This document shows, one piece after another, positions 9,956-22,079 of a DNA stretch of 54,412 bases. Position numbers and translations under genes: made by a program. Origin of the DNA: Prorocentrum cordatum. Its lineage: Eukaryota. Where the stretch lies: contig CAUYUJ010000244.1 of the NCBI GenBank assembly GCA_963575745.1, forward strand, positions 62,001 through 116,412, written 5' to 3'. How positions within the stretch are numbered: position 1 is the stretch's first letter; each line of letters begins with the position of its first letter. The notes under the pieces are model-generated. The model worked only from the letters and a program-made list of their open reading frames with translations. It was not told the origin of the DNA and ran no database searches.

Positions 9956-11135
9956 ATGTGCCGTCACGTACACGTTTTCTTTTCCAGTGAACTCCTGCAG
10001 GAGCCCATGCCGAAGGATGCTAAATTATATATCACTTGCTTGGCGTGCAGGTATCGATGGGCTTTCAAAACGAACGCGTTCTGCTACACCTGCAACGCGA
10101 CCCTCCTCCCGAACGAGATGCCGCGGAGGGCCGCCCAGGGTGTCTGGCCCCCCCCCCGCCGGAAGGTCGGGGTGGCCAACCTGCTGGTGCGGAAGTGCCA
10201 GCCTACCCACCAGGCACGTGGCCGCAGTGGGGAGGGCCGCCTGCGAGATTGGCGCCGCCCCGCTCCTCCACTCCGCCGCAGAGGGCCCCTAGACCACCGA
10301 CGCCCTCTTGGACGAGCTCAATCAAGGCCAGGGTCGGGAACGCGGCGGGTGCACGGCTGGAGGCGCCCCAGCAGGCTTTGGCGCGACGGCCAGCGCCGAA
10401 GCCCCCCCCCCCGCGCGAGCCCCTGCTCGAGGAGACAGTCTCGGCCAAGGGGGCGGCCTGCCGCAGGGCCCAGCAGCGGTCGCGAGAATGCGCGGCGAAT
10501 GAGGGCGAGGCGGCCAAGTGGTTTGAGCAGCTGCGGGCCGCCACGGTCACGACGCCGAGCAGGCTTGGAAGGATGAACTACGAGGTCGAGCTCCAGCGTG
10601 CAGGTGGGCACCGACCAGGACCACCTGACGGAGCAGCCGAGAAGATCGTAGGCTCACAGATCAACTTGTCGGAGCTGCTCACGGGGGAGGGCGGCGTCGA
10701 CACAGTCGAGATTGTGGACGGGTCCGTGCTCGATCTCTCGGACTTGGAGCTCGACGATTCAGATAAGCAAAGCTGGGCCGCTCTCAAGGCAAACATGGCA
10801 TCGCAGATCAGAGAGGCAATGTCGGCGGCAATCGGGCCCAGCGCTGAGCACATCCAGAAGCTCAGGCAGGATGCGAGAGAGAGATGCGACAGCGGCTCGC
10901 CAGCAAAAGGGCCCGCAGGGAAGACGGGGGTGGAGCGACGCCGCCAGCAGCAGGGGCACCGGCGGCTCCGGCCGAAGTGGCGCCCATTGCTGGGGCAGCG
11001 TCTTCTGCGGGCCCTGCTGTCGCTGGTGCTGCTCCTGCAGCCGCTGCTGACACAGGCCAATCACAGCCAAAGCAGCGCGACCCAGACCAGATCAAATCTA
11101 TGGTTGAAGCAGCCCGAGCTCACAATGCAGAGTCT
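9956..11135 (+). pseudogene. LINE ORF1-like region, frameshifted
   Basis: N-terminal CLAC-x11-CYTC zinc finger, then a low-complexity and helical region (LDLSDLELDDSDKQSWAALKANMASQIREAM). Confidence 0.55.
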
Positions 11136-11956
11136 TGCCTTTGATGGGGTCACTGGGTACCCTGTGACCAGTGAAACTTGTTTTTTTCGGGCATGCCCTG
11201 TGCGACCTTTTCTCGGGGCACATGGGCCTGCCGCCCGAGCGCGACATCCCTGCCGGAGATCCCGACAGGAACCGGCACCATTTTTTAGAAGCCGCGCAGG
11301 TCTGGAGCGCCAGATGGGTTTGGGATTTGAGAGGCGAAGTGGCAGATGGCCTTCTGTCGGGGCAAGACTGGTGTGAACGATGCACGGCTTCTTTTCTGCA
11401 GGAACCAGACGCGGCGGCTCTGCGTCGGGCAGTTCTTGCGCGCTGCAGACGGGGCGCGCTGACGGAAGCCATTTCAGACATCTGTCTAGCTGCTTGGTCA
11501 GGAGGGCGGCCACTCAGACAGCCTTTCTCCCGCATGATGCATGCTCTGACTGCAGACCTCTAGGGCGTCTTTGCGCAGCACCGCTGGCAGGAGCTCGACA
11601 ACCTGCTGGCCGTTTTTCGAGCGCAGCTGGAAATGCTCGGGAGGGCGGCAGCGGGGCGCCACGGCGCCCTTGGGGAGCCCATGGGGCAGACCCTACATGG
11701 GGCGAGGTGGCGGTCGCCGTTTGGGGGGCGCTCTGGCGGCCTCAGGGAGCCGCAGCGACAAACCCTAAAGGGAGGTGGAGGTAGCGGGCTCTTGACCACT
11801 GCCGCAGACACGCGGGCGGGCGACCCCCCTGGTCGAGCCCAGCCCCCCGTCAGTGTCGCGGATGCGCGGGTGGCCGAGTCCACTGGCGAGAGCGACCCCT
11901 CCCAAGCTGCTCGCGGCTGGCCGCCGCCGCCCGTGGGAGGCAGCAAGGCGCTCTTA

Positions 11957-12612
11957 CGTTTCGCAGCGGTAACGTGCAATTCTCATGCTTGGTCGACTGG
12001 CCTCAAGTTTTTGGATCGGTCAAAGCTGGTCGAAGCCGCAGCTTATGATGCAGTTCTGCCCCAGGAGCACCGCTTGCTCCCGCGTCCGATTCAAGGCCCC
12101 ACTGGGCCCATCAGGCGGGGCACGCCTGCTTTTCAGCCCGCGGCCAGCACTGGGCCGACGGACAGGGGGCCGTCAGCTGGCGCGGCGGCACTCGTGCGCA
12201 GTCACTTTGGCGTTGCGGACTACCAGCATCGGTGCCTAAGCGAGCGCGTGTCGGCCTACCGAGTGGCTCTGACGTATAACGTAGAGGCGCCGCTGGTCTT
12301 GGTCCACGGCCATGCCACGCATGGGCTCAGCGGCGCCAGTCTCGATTTTCTGGGACAGGTCAGCGCGGCGGTCGCCGAGGCCAGCATCCCGTTCGCGATC
12401 GGAGGCGACTGGAACATTGACGCGGAGGAGCTCAGGCAGTCTCAGTGGACTGGGCACATTGGGGCCAGCATCCTTCGGCCAGAAGGCGCGACCTGCCGCG
12501 ACAGCTGCTGCGGCTTTTTCGTCATCAGCGGGAGCCTGGACTATCGCGTCGACTGGTGCTCCGCGGTGGCCGACACACCAGTGGGGCCGCGCTCGGCGGT
12601 GGCCCTTCGCCT
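11957..12612 (+). pseudogene. APE/EEP endonuclease domain of the LINE
   Basis: VTCNSHAW, VLPQEH, AGAAALVR, IGGDWNI, GFFVISGSL (IDY-like, decayed) and GPRSAV (SDH-like, decayed). Confidence 0.8.
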
Positions 12613-13449
12613 CCGCGCGTTGGCTGGTCAGGCCAAGGTTTGGAAGCGCATCGTGCCCGAACGCTTCCCCCTGCCCAAGGATGAGGAGGAGCGACGGCGG
12701 ATGGTTATTCCAGGATCCTGGGAAGGCCAAAAATTTTTGGGCCTGGACCTTCGGGGCGCCGCGTCCACTTGGTTCACCTCCGCGGAAAGGGCCCTGTTTC
12801 AGGTCCACGGTTTGGCTGATTCCAAGTACCTGGGTACCTGGGCAGACACAAAGCTTGTCAGATCCAGCTCGCGCCGCTGCGAGCCGCTCGGGGCCGAGAG
12901 CTCTATCGCAAATCGAATATATCCACTCAGAAGTGGCTCTCGCTGCGCCGCCTGTCGCTCCAGTTTTTGAAAGCTACAGAGCTTGAGACTCAGGCTCAGC
13001 TGGTCAACCTAGCCACGCCTCTTTTCAGCTTGTTCACCGAGGCGGGCCAGGAGAAGCTGCGAGGACTCACCGTGCCCAGATTTGCCCGGCAGCTGGCTGG
13101 CGGCGCGACTCGAGGGCCGCTAGCGGACGCGGCCCAAGCCGAGGTCACCAGCAGGGTGAAGCCGGAGGCGACAGAAGGTCGAAAGAAGTGGAAGTCACGG
13201 GCAAAGTCGTCGGTCGTTGGGGGAGGTCGCGTCGCTCGCAGGTATAGCAGGGGCCCTGCCCCTCCGCCCCTGCCAGCTTTCGCAGACGAAGATGACCAGG
13301 ATACTGCGGCTAGTCTGCCTGTGCTTCTGGTGGGTCAAGTCGCTCTAGAGTAGACTTTGAAGACTCGAGTGGGTATCCCCATCTGGACCAGCGAAGCGCG
13401 CGAAGGGGGGCAGCGTCCTCTTGACTGGCCAGTGGAGGAGACGCTCGAA

Positions 13450-14400
13450 CTAATCACAGCAGAGCATGTGCTTGAAGCGGCGGCTTCTTTCAGTCCGACC
13501 ACGGCGTTGGGCTGGGAACCCGCGGCTTCTGTTGCAGCTCCCTCGGCCGCTGGTTGAAGCCTTCGCGGCCGTCCTCTCGGCGTGGAAAAAAAAAGCACCC
13601 GAAGGTCGGAGCGATGTGGCTTGTGCTGATTGTTTTTCTCGGCGAGCCGTCTGGGGGAGTTCGACCGATCGGGCGGCCCCCCCTCTGGGCGAGGGTTTGG
13701 AACATAATCAGACGCAGGCTGTGCTCAGAATGGGAACGTCGTGTTGATGGGCGTTTCTTCTGGGGGATGAGCGCCAGCGCAGCCGGTGGTAAAATCGCTT
13801 GGGTTCACAACGCGCTTGCAGCTTGTGCCCGTGCCCAGCCTGGCTGGGCATCCAGCGCGCTCTTTATAGACCTGCGCAAGTTCTATGAACACATCTCGCA
13901 CCAAGAGCTGAGAGACGCCGCCGAGCACGCTGTTTTTTCGGAAGCCCTGTGAAGGGCTTACTGTTCGATGTATCGGGCGCCGCGCAGAGTCTCTTGGCAA
14001 GGCGCTGTCAGCCGAGTCCTTGTGCCCAACGGCACGGTGGTGGCAGGCTGCTCTGGGGCCACGACGCTGTCGCGTTTGCTTCTCTTGGCTTGTCTGCGGC
14101 GCGCAGCGACGGCCAGCCCAGCCGTCTGGATAAAACATGTTATCTACAACGTTTCGCTGCATGCTGTCGGAGGTATATAGGTTGTTCGCGAGGAGCTAGG
14201 GCAAGCTTTTCGCAAGGTAGCGGCTGACCTCAAGGGCAAAGGGCTGCCGATTGCTCGTGACAAGCTCGGCCCCCCCTCCTCCTCGGGGGAGGTGGCGGAC
14301 GGGGTCCTTCTCGACTTTGATCTCCCCGAGTCGGTGCGTGCCCAGGTCCGCCGAGACCTCGGATGGGGGCGCGACCGACGGCAGCCGCAGGCGAGTCAGC
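13450..14400 (+). pseudogene. Reverse transcriptase domain, decayed
   Basis: RPIG, ALFIDLRKFYEHISH, GTVVAGCSGATTL, VIYNVS at the YxDD position (Asp codons mutated), RDLG. Confidence 0.8.
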
Positions 14401-15429
14401 ACTCACCACGATCGTTCTTGCGACGCCCAAGCCAAGGTCGGACGACTCGTGGCCCTTCGGAACGCTGGAGCCCCAGCAAGGCTCTTTGGGGGGGCCGACA
14501 TCCAAGGGCTCCCCGACGGCAAGCTTTCGCAACTTTGGTTAGCCGCCTTGCGCGCATAAGGGCGCCTTCCTCGAGGCTGCTCCTTGGAGCTAGCGCCCAT
14601 GTGCCCGCGTGGCGGCTGGGCCTCAGACCCGTTGGTCTTGGTCACTGCTGATGCCTTGCAAATCTATGTGCGGATGCTCAGAGATGGGTCGCCTTTCGCC
14701 CGCTGCGCTGCGCTTTCTTTCTGCCCGAGGGCAGGCCACAGCGGCGAAAGCCCGCCTTTGGTCGCAAGGCGAGGACCCTGCTGCAGCTCGGATCCTCACT
14801 GCTGCCAGAGTAGGGATGAAGTTTGCTGACCCCTGGACCTTGCACGAAGCCTCGGGTGAGGTTTGGTCCCGGGCTCCTGTCTCGCCTGCTTTTGTGGCTC
14901 GCCGTGCCCGCTTTGCCGCCAGGCGCCTGTCAGACCACCGTGGCCTCAGCAAAATTGGACAAGGCAGAGGTTGGATTGGCGAACTTGTTTGGCGGCCCCT
15001 CAACGAGGGGCTGCGCTGTAAGGTGTTAGACGACGATGACGGGGCGGAATCGGGCACTGGCGGAGCTTGGGGGTTGCGGGAGCAGAGGACCTTGGGAGGC
15101 CTTGTCATGGGCTCGCACTGGTGCCAGCACAGGCTGCATCAGCACGACTCTCAGCTTGAGGCAGACTGCCTCATCTGTCACGGTGCTCGTGGCACCCTTC
15201 TTCAGAGGCACATCGAGTGCCCTGCCCGCTTGCTTGCTTCCGAGATAATCTCTCGCATGAGCTCCAGGCATCGGTCGTTCGACCCTCCGGCTGCTCGGTC
15301 GATCTGCAGGAGCGCTTCGCTCGCGGCATCCTCCCTGACCCCTGTCAGCTCCTCGCGCGGAGGCCCTGGGACCCAGCGTGGGAGTTCGAGGCTGAAAGAG
15401 TTGGCACCAGCCTTGCGATGGAGGATGCT

Positions 15430-15860
15430 CACGTTTTTTTCGTTGACGGCTCGGCTCGCGATGGGGCGTTCCCCGCCTCGCGCTCTGCAGGCTGGGGAGT
15501 TGCCGTTTATGGCAGCGAGCGCCGCTGGATCAGAGGCTGGCATGGAGCTGTCCCGCCAGCCGCGCTTCCAGACCAAGTCGCCCGCGACGGCGAAGATTTT
15601 GCAGTTTTCATGGCCGCCAGTTTTTTAGTCGGCACTTTCACGCTCTACTCCGATTGTAAAGGCACGCCATCTTGCTTCAACCAGCCCAGCTATCACTCGC
15701 ATGCATCTTTGGAAAGGGTTGCACGACAGAAATGTTTTCTCCCGCGTCGTTCTCTGCAAGGTCAAGGCCCACTCGAGCATGGAAGACGTTTGGGGGGGCA
15801 GGACCAGCCATGTGAAAACGGGCGACGACGACGCCGACCGCCTGGCCAAGCTAGGTGCGG
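15430..15860 (+). pseudogene. RNase H domain in canonical motif order
   Basis: FFVDGSARDG, QVARDGEDFA, LYSDCKG, KVKAH, GDDDADRLAKLG; preceded by CLIC..RHIEC zinc finger at ~15165-15220. Confidence 0.85.
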
Positions 15861-16869
15861 ATCTCGGAAGACACGACCCGCAAGATATGCTAGTCGCGAA
15901 AGGAATGCTGTTTCTGGCCTGTCAGCTCATCACGTTCATAACCCGAGCCGTGGTGCATTACTCTGACGTCGGCCTTTTACGATAATGCGGGCGCCCATGG
16001 GGCTCACCCTTATTTCGCTGCGGGCGGCGAAGGCCCGGAGGAGGACCTGGGGGGGCTTCGGCGGAGGGGGGCGGCGGAGGGGGGACCTGCCACTGCTGCT
16101 GCCCCCCCCATCCTGCCCCCGAGGGCCCCTCCCAGGACCTGCCCGCGGTGCCCCTTGGCCCCGAGCTGGTCAGCCTGGCTGGTGACGCCCGCCAGGCCCC
16201 CTGGACCCAGGAGGACCACCAGCTTCTGGAGTTCCCCGTGCTCGGCCAAGAGCTCGCCCCCATATTTTTTTGCTCCGCCTGCGGAGGTTGCGCGACGGTC
16301 TCGGGTGTAGCTAGAGGCCTTCAGTCTGTCTGCCCTGGGGCCCAAGCGAGTTTGCTCGACCCTGGCAGCAAGAACACTCGAGCTTTGCTCCGTTCCAAGC
16401 ACCCCAATCGCGCCTTCAAGCTAGGCCCCTGGAGGTCGCCTGGGGAGCGGGCTCGGGAGGTGTTTGGGGTGTTGAACGGCGGCCCAGGGGTCCAGCGACA
16501 AGGCCAGCGAAGCGAGGGGGTGTCTAGCGTGATTTCCAATCTCTCTGCTCGGCCGATTGTTTACACTCGGCTCGAATGAAGCGGAGGCCCGAGATCTTGG
16601 GGTCAAGCTCCGAGAAATGCGCAAGTGCACTGATGTCCAAATCGAAGACGGTTAGCTTTTTTGCCCAGGGGGGCCCAATTGCTGGCCCCTGACAGGTCCT
16701 TGGCCTTCCTGTCAGGGTGACAAGAAGGCCCTCTCCGATGGGCCCCCCATATAGCTTACTCAGCCGACTGTCGGATTATTTCTCTCTTCTCCCCCTTTGG
16801 TGGCGTGCGATCCTCCTCCTCCGCTTCCTCCTCCTCCTCCACCTTCTCCTTCTCCTCCTCCTTCTTCCA

Positions 16870-19800
16870 GGCGTCGGCCCATTCTCGAGCCCGCATTTTT
16901 GCCCCGCTCCAGAGTTTGAGGCCGCCCCAGGCACAGACCAGCAGGTCGGCGTCGCCTCTGGCCTTTTCCGCGCGTCGCATACTGGCGGCGGCGAGGGGCG
17001 CAGTCGAGCAGCGCCGCGGGCGCGGAGTCATGCCAGCGCAGAGCCCCATGTTGCCATGGACAGCCTGCCGAAGGTGCCAACATGGGGAACGCGACGACAA
17101 GTGGAAGCGGCTGGATTACAAATGCCAGCGCGGCGCCATGGTCTCCTGGAAGGGCGCCGCGTCGCAGCCAGCCGCAGCGCCGGCGGCGGCTGCGACGGCG
17201 CCTGCGGGGGCCCCCCAGCAGGCGGCGGAGTTGGCGGCGGCGCTCCAACAGGTGGCGGGCCGTCTCACGGGGCTCAACCTGCAGCCCGAGCTCACGAAGA
17301 AGCTGGCGGGCGCCGTCGGGGAGCTCGCCAAGGCGTCGGCAGCGGCGGCGGGCTCCCCGCGCATCCGTGCGGCGCGCCTCGCGGAGGCGGCGCGCGCGCT
17401 AGTGGGGGCCACCAGAGTGTGCGAGAAGGCCTTCACCGCGGCGGAGAAGGCCAGAGAGCGCCTGGCCCTGCGCGAGCAGGACCTCAAACACTAGGGCCGC
17501 GAGGTGGTCAAAGCGGAGCGCCTGGTAACAGATCGCCGCGGAGGCCCAGGCGCCGCAGCAGCCCGAGAACCTCTGGTCTGAGAGCGACCTCTCGGCCACG
17601 CAGTCGATGGCGGGCTTCGGGGGGGCCTTCAGCGCCGGCGCCAGCGAGGTGGGCGAGGTCGCGGTCGAGCAGGCCGAGCGCGCCAAGAGGGAGATGATCA
17701 GCGAGTGCAAGGGGACGACTGCAGAGTTCTGAGACAAGCTGCGAGCGCGCTGGGACGCGAAGCAGCAGGCGGCCGAGGAGGAGGCCAAGTGGGCGCCGGA
17801 AGGCCGACGCCAAGGCAGCCCCGCAGGGCTCGCCGCCCGCTGCGCCCACCGCGCCAGCGCCCCACGGCAGCGCCCCCGTGGAGGCAGCAGCGGCGGCGGC
17901 AGCGGAGGGCGCGGCCTCGGCCGCGCAGGCCAGCCGGACGGCGGCGGCGCGGGAGGAACTACTGGCGGACCCCAGGAAGCGAGAGGCCAGCGCGAAGGAG
18001 GCCGTCAACGCGGCAGTCCCGTCGAGAAGGCTCAGGGGGCCTGGGCGGCAGCGTCAGTCTGCCGAGCGCCCGTCCAGGCATGTCTTCATCGGCGACGTGA
18101 CCACCTGGGGACCTACTGCAGCGAAGTTCGTTCGCGAGTTGTGCCGCAGCGACTCGATGGACGGATTCTTGCTGCAGGAGACACATTTGAAGGCTTCGCA
18201 GATTTCAGAGGCCGAGCGCGCTCTGAAAAGGCTGGGGCCTGAAGGCCGCTGTCTCGGCAGCGCGCCAGAGCGATCGCTCGGTGGCGGGCTCGCTTGGTGG
18301 AGTGCGCGCTGCAATTCGGACCCGCCATCAAACTTCTTATTTTAGAGAGCTCGCGAGGGAGGACTGCGTCGACTAGCACCACAGTCGTAGCCTCTCGTGC
18401 TGCTGAGTTCGAGCTTCATGACTGGATGCCCCTTTCTTTGCACCTGAAGGGGGTGGCAATCACCCTCACCAGCCTGTACCTTAAGGCTCCAACGGTTTTG
18501 CTGGCGCAACATGCGCGAGCTCACATCTCTGTCAGCTTTCGTCAGGACGTTGCGTAACCCCTGGATAGTTGCAGGAGACTTCAACGCCTCGCCTGAAGCC
18601 TGCCGTAAGTCGGGCTGGGATCACCGGCTCGGCTGTCAGATTGCCACAGTGCAGGGCGGGTTCGCATGCTTCAAGAGTGATTATGAACCGTCCTAGATTG
18701 ATTGCGCGTCGCTGGGCCACGGGGCCCAATTTACGTTCGAAGGCCCCCAGACAGCGCTGGCCCCATGGGCGCCCCGGGTCGGTCAGATCCTCGCGCCCCG
18801 AGCTGAGACAGCGCCAGCTATCTCGAGGATTCAGCGCATGCCAGCGCCTCTCAAGCATCCGAGGAGGCCGCCGAAGCAGCCCGACCCTGGTAGCTGCCGC
18901 CAGGAAAAAAAACGCACCTCCTCTCGCGCTGCCGCTGCCGCGGCCACCGCCCCCCCCGTCCCAGACCGAAGAGCTGGGGCGTGCTGGAGAGGGGCGTGAG
19001 CATATCATTTTAAACCGACGATGGGAGGCCCTGGGCGCTCAAGGCTGGACAAACTTTCCCACGCTCAGCGGGTTGGATGACCCCGGGCCGGAGCCTCTGG
19101 AGGATGGGGAGATTTTGAAGAGCACGCCTTCCCTGAGCCGCCGCGGGGGCCCCGCGATGCCACGCCATCCGTGGAGGTGGCAGCGGATCTTCCCAGCTCA
19201 GGGGGGCCCTCCGACCCCCCTCCGAACCCTTCCCTCTCTTTGGAGCCCGCCGAGCCGCCCGCCGAACTGAGGGATGATCTCTGGCGCGACGCGTCGGAGG
19301 CCCCGATGCCCATTGCACTTGGGGGAGCGCCCGAGTGCGCGAAGCGCAGTGCGTCGTTCCTCGGGGCCCCTCCCCATCTTTAGCTGTAGGAGCACTGCGC
19401 GGCCAGCTGGTCCACGGGGTGGCGCAGTTCGATCGTCGCGCCTGCCGCCTAGGGGGCAGCTTGATTTTGCGGGCGCGCAGCCCCGCGCAAGTTTCTGGAG
19501 GTCGAGGGCCGAGAGAGGGGGCTAGGAAAGCCCCGATGTGCTAGTTTATCGGCAGGGCGGTGGGGTCGAGCAGCCGGCGCGCCGAGGGACTCACGCGCAC
19601 TGCGCGCCAGGGGCAGGGGGGGGCAACGGCAGGAGGAGCTACAAAACATATGCTGGAAGTTGGCTCTGGAGGAGGCGCCCTCGGCAGGTCGCAGCCCGCC
19701 CCCCGCAGGCCCTGCAGCACAAAGCCTTGTGCATTTCGCGCCCCAGGGATATATCAGCAGCGCTGCTTGCCGCGCTCAAAAGAATGGCGGCGCAGGCTGG

Positions 19801-22075
19801 AAAAGAAATCTCCAATGCCCGCAGGCTGGACCTTTGTAGGGGGCAGCGACTATCAGACCCCGAGCAGGCCTCCCCGGGAAAGCTCCGCAGGATGACGAAG
19901 CCCCCCCCCGTTTTGAAGATGAGCTCGTCGATAGTCCCGGGGTGAAGGCGGTCTCCCCCAAGGGGCCTGTTGATTGCAAGGCCGAGGTTTTCCAGCAAAT
20001 CTGGCCTGCGTCCTCGGCGTCTCTCCGGGGTGCCGTAGCCGTTCTGACTCGAGCTAGGCAGCGGGCGTTGGCAGCGCCAGGTCGCCCAAGCTGGACCCGT
20101 GGCACGTTAGACCAGGCCCTCCGCCTGCAGCCAGATGGAGGCCGCGGCGTCGACGGATTCGCTGCGTCAGATATCCGCAGGCTGCCGACAGAGGGAAGAG
20201 CTAGATTCATGGAGCTATTAAATGAGATAGAGCGACGCGTTGCCCGGCCGCACCAGGTGCCCCAGGCCATCATCATGCTGGAGGCCAAGAAGACAGGGGA
20301 CAAAGCCATCGCCCTGATCTCCTGGCCGGCGCGCGCGCGGCAGCTGCTGACCTAGCCTGAGGTCGACGCCTGGGTGAGGGGGCGGCGCGCCACTGGGCCG
20401 CAGCGCTGCAGGGCTCGTCGCGCATGCGGGAGGCGCCGGCGCGGTCGCTGCAGGACGAAGCGGCCCGCGCGCTGGGCGTCTCAGCGGGCGCGGGGCTGGC
20501 CGACATTGCCCGCTTCTACGACTCGCTCAGCGCGGGGGCGGCGGCGTCGGCCAGCCAAGGCCCCCATTTCCTGCCGAGGGCGCCTGCGCTCGAACTGCAG
20601 CTGCACGCGGCGCGCAGGTGCGCGCGGCAGCAGGCGGCGCATGCGGAGCCCTGCCACGCGGGCGCATCCGCGCTGGCGGGCTCAAGGGACGTCAACATGT
20701 TGACCAGGGCGGTGGCGTGCCGAACGCTGGAGAGGCTAACGGAGCATCGCTGCCGCTGCCAGCCGCGCGCCTGGCTCGATGACGCGAGCACGTCGGTCTT
20801 CGGCAACCCAGCGGCGGCGGAGGAGGCGCTTCCAGCAGTGATGGTCAGCCTCAGGGACCTCAGACGAGAGGGTCTGAGCTGGCGGACAAGAGTACGCTGC
20901 TCTCCTCGGACCCTGCCATGACGAGGAGGATGGCGGCCCAGATGGCCAAGCGAGAGGTTTTTTTCCACGGCGTCTAGGAGGGCAGAGACCTGGGGGTGGA
21001 CAGAGCCGCCGCGGGCACGCGCAGGCAAAGCTCACAAATGGCGAGAAGGAAGCCGGCGCACCTCTGCACGATATCCCTGGGCAAGAAGCTCAGGACGCTG
21101 CGCAGGGAGAAGAAGGCCGCCATGCTGAACCAGGGGGCCATGGCGTCGCTGCTGCACGGGGCGAGGGCGCACGGCGAGCCGCCGTCGGCCATCGCCCAGG
21201 CGCGCCGCTGCTACGCCGCTGCCCTAGCGAAGCCGCGCGCGGGCCGCCGCGCGACGACCTTCTTGGCGCTGGAGGGCAGGGGCCCCGCCCTGGAGCTGCC
21301 GCGCGCGCAGCTGAGGGCGTGGCTCGACCTCTACGCGAACCGCCCCGCCGCGCGCCAGATGGCGGAGCGCGCGTGGCCGCTGATCTTGGCGCAGCTGTTG
21401 AGGGTGATTGTGCGGCACCGCTGGAGACGGCGCCGAGGCGTCATGGGCTCGCTGATGCTGACGCTGCTGGGCGCGGGCTGGACACCCAGTGCGCCATCCT
21501 CCTGGATTGACCCACGTGGGGATGTCTGGGCGATGGCAAAGGGCGGGGAGCGCCGCGACCCCACCGACGTCATCGATGCCGTCATCCTGGACATCGAGAC
21601 GCGGCTCTGGGGGGCGGTCGCCGCGGGCCACTTGGCCAAGGGCATGGAGGGCGGCCTTGACCTGACGGGCGCGAAGCTCACGCTGAAGAAGCGGCGCAAG
21701 CCGAAGCCAGCGGATGCCAGCGCGCTGCTGCAGGCCATGGCGGCCAGCACCTGGACCAAGGAGAGGCGCCGCCAGGTCCTGGGAGAGAAGCGCGCTGGTG
21801 ATGGCAGATGCTGGCGCGGGGAGATCGCGGACGACTACCACCGCATCGGGGGCATATGCCCTTGCCGCCCAGAGCACCCCGACTTCGACAGGACCGAGCG
21901 TCTCTGCGATATGGCGGGGAGAGGGCACCAGGACTGCCCCATCGTCTGGCTCAGGGGCCTGGCGCTTCGCAGCTGGACGACCCCACCACCGTGCGAGACG
22001 CAGCATGCGCGGCGCTTCCTCGGGGAGGTCGACGGCTCCCGCCTTGCGCCCAGAGGCCAGAGGCATTTCCTCCTC
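16870..22075 (+). mobile_element. Second decayed LINE (ORF1-APE-RT), ending before its own RNase H
   Basis: ORF1 from ATG 17030 (WTACRRC, helical/coiled-coil-like). APE: VFIGDVTTWG, LLQETHL, SLYL, WIVAGDFN (18082-18585). RT: GRGVDGF, DIARFYDSL, AWLDD, RDLGV (~20140-21000). Decayed Zn finger CWRG..YHR..ICP at ~21810-21860. Confidence 0.8.
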
Positions 22076-22079
22076 CCCC

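Larger units (their letters stand above)
9829..16810 (+). mobile_element. Decayed, essentially full-length LINE (ORF1-APE-RT-Zn finger-RNase H)
   Basis: Domains are colinear but broken by many frameshifts and stops (see sub-features). The unit starts with an SL relic and is bounded by (CCT)n at ~9760-9828 and ~16811-16865. Confidence 0.85.

Noticed and set aside
16870..16890. Third SL relic at the start of LINE 2 (GCGTCGGCCCATTCTCGAG)
   Set aside because: The position fits, but it needs a 4-nt gap and several mismatches, so it is not distinguishable from chance.
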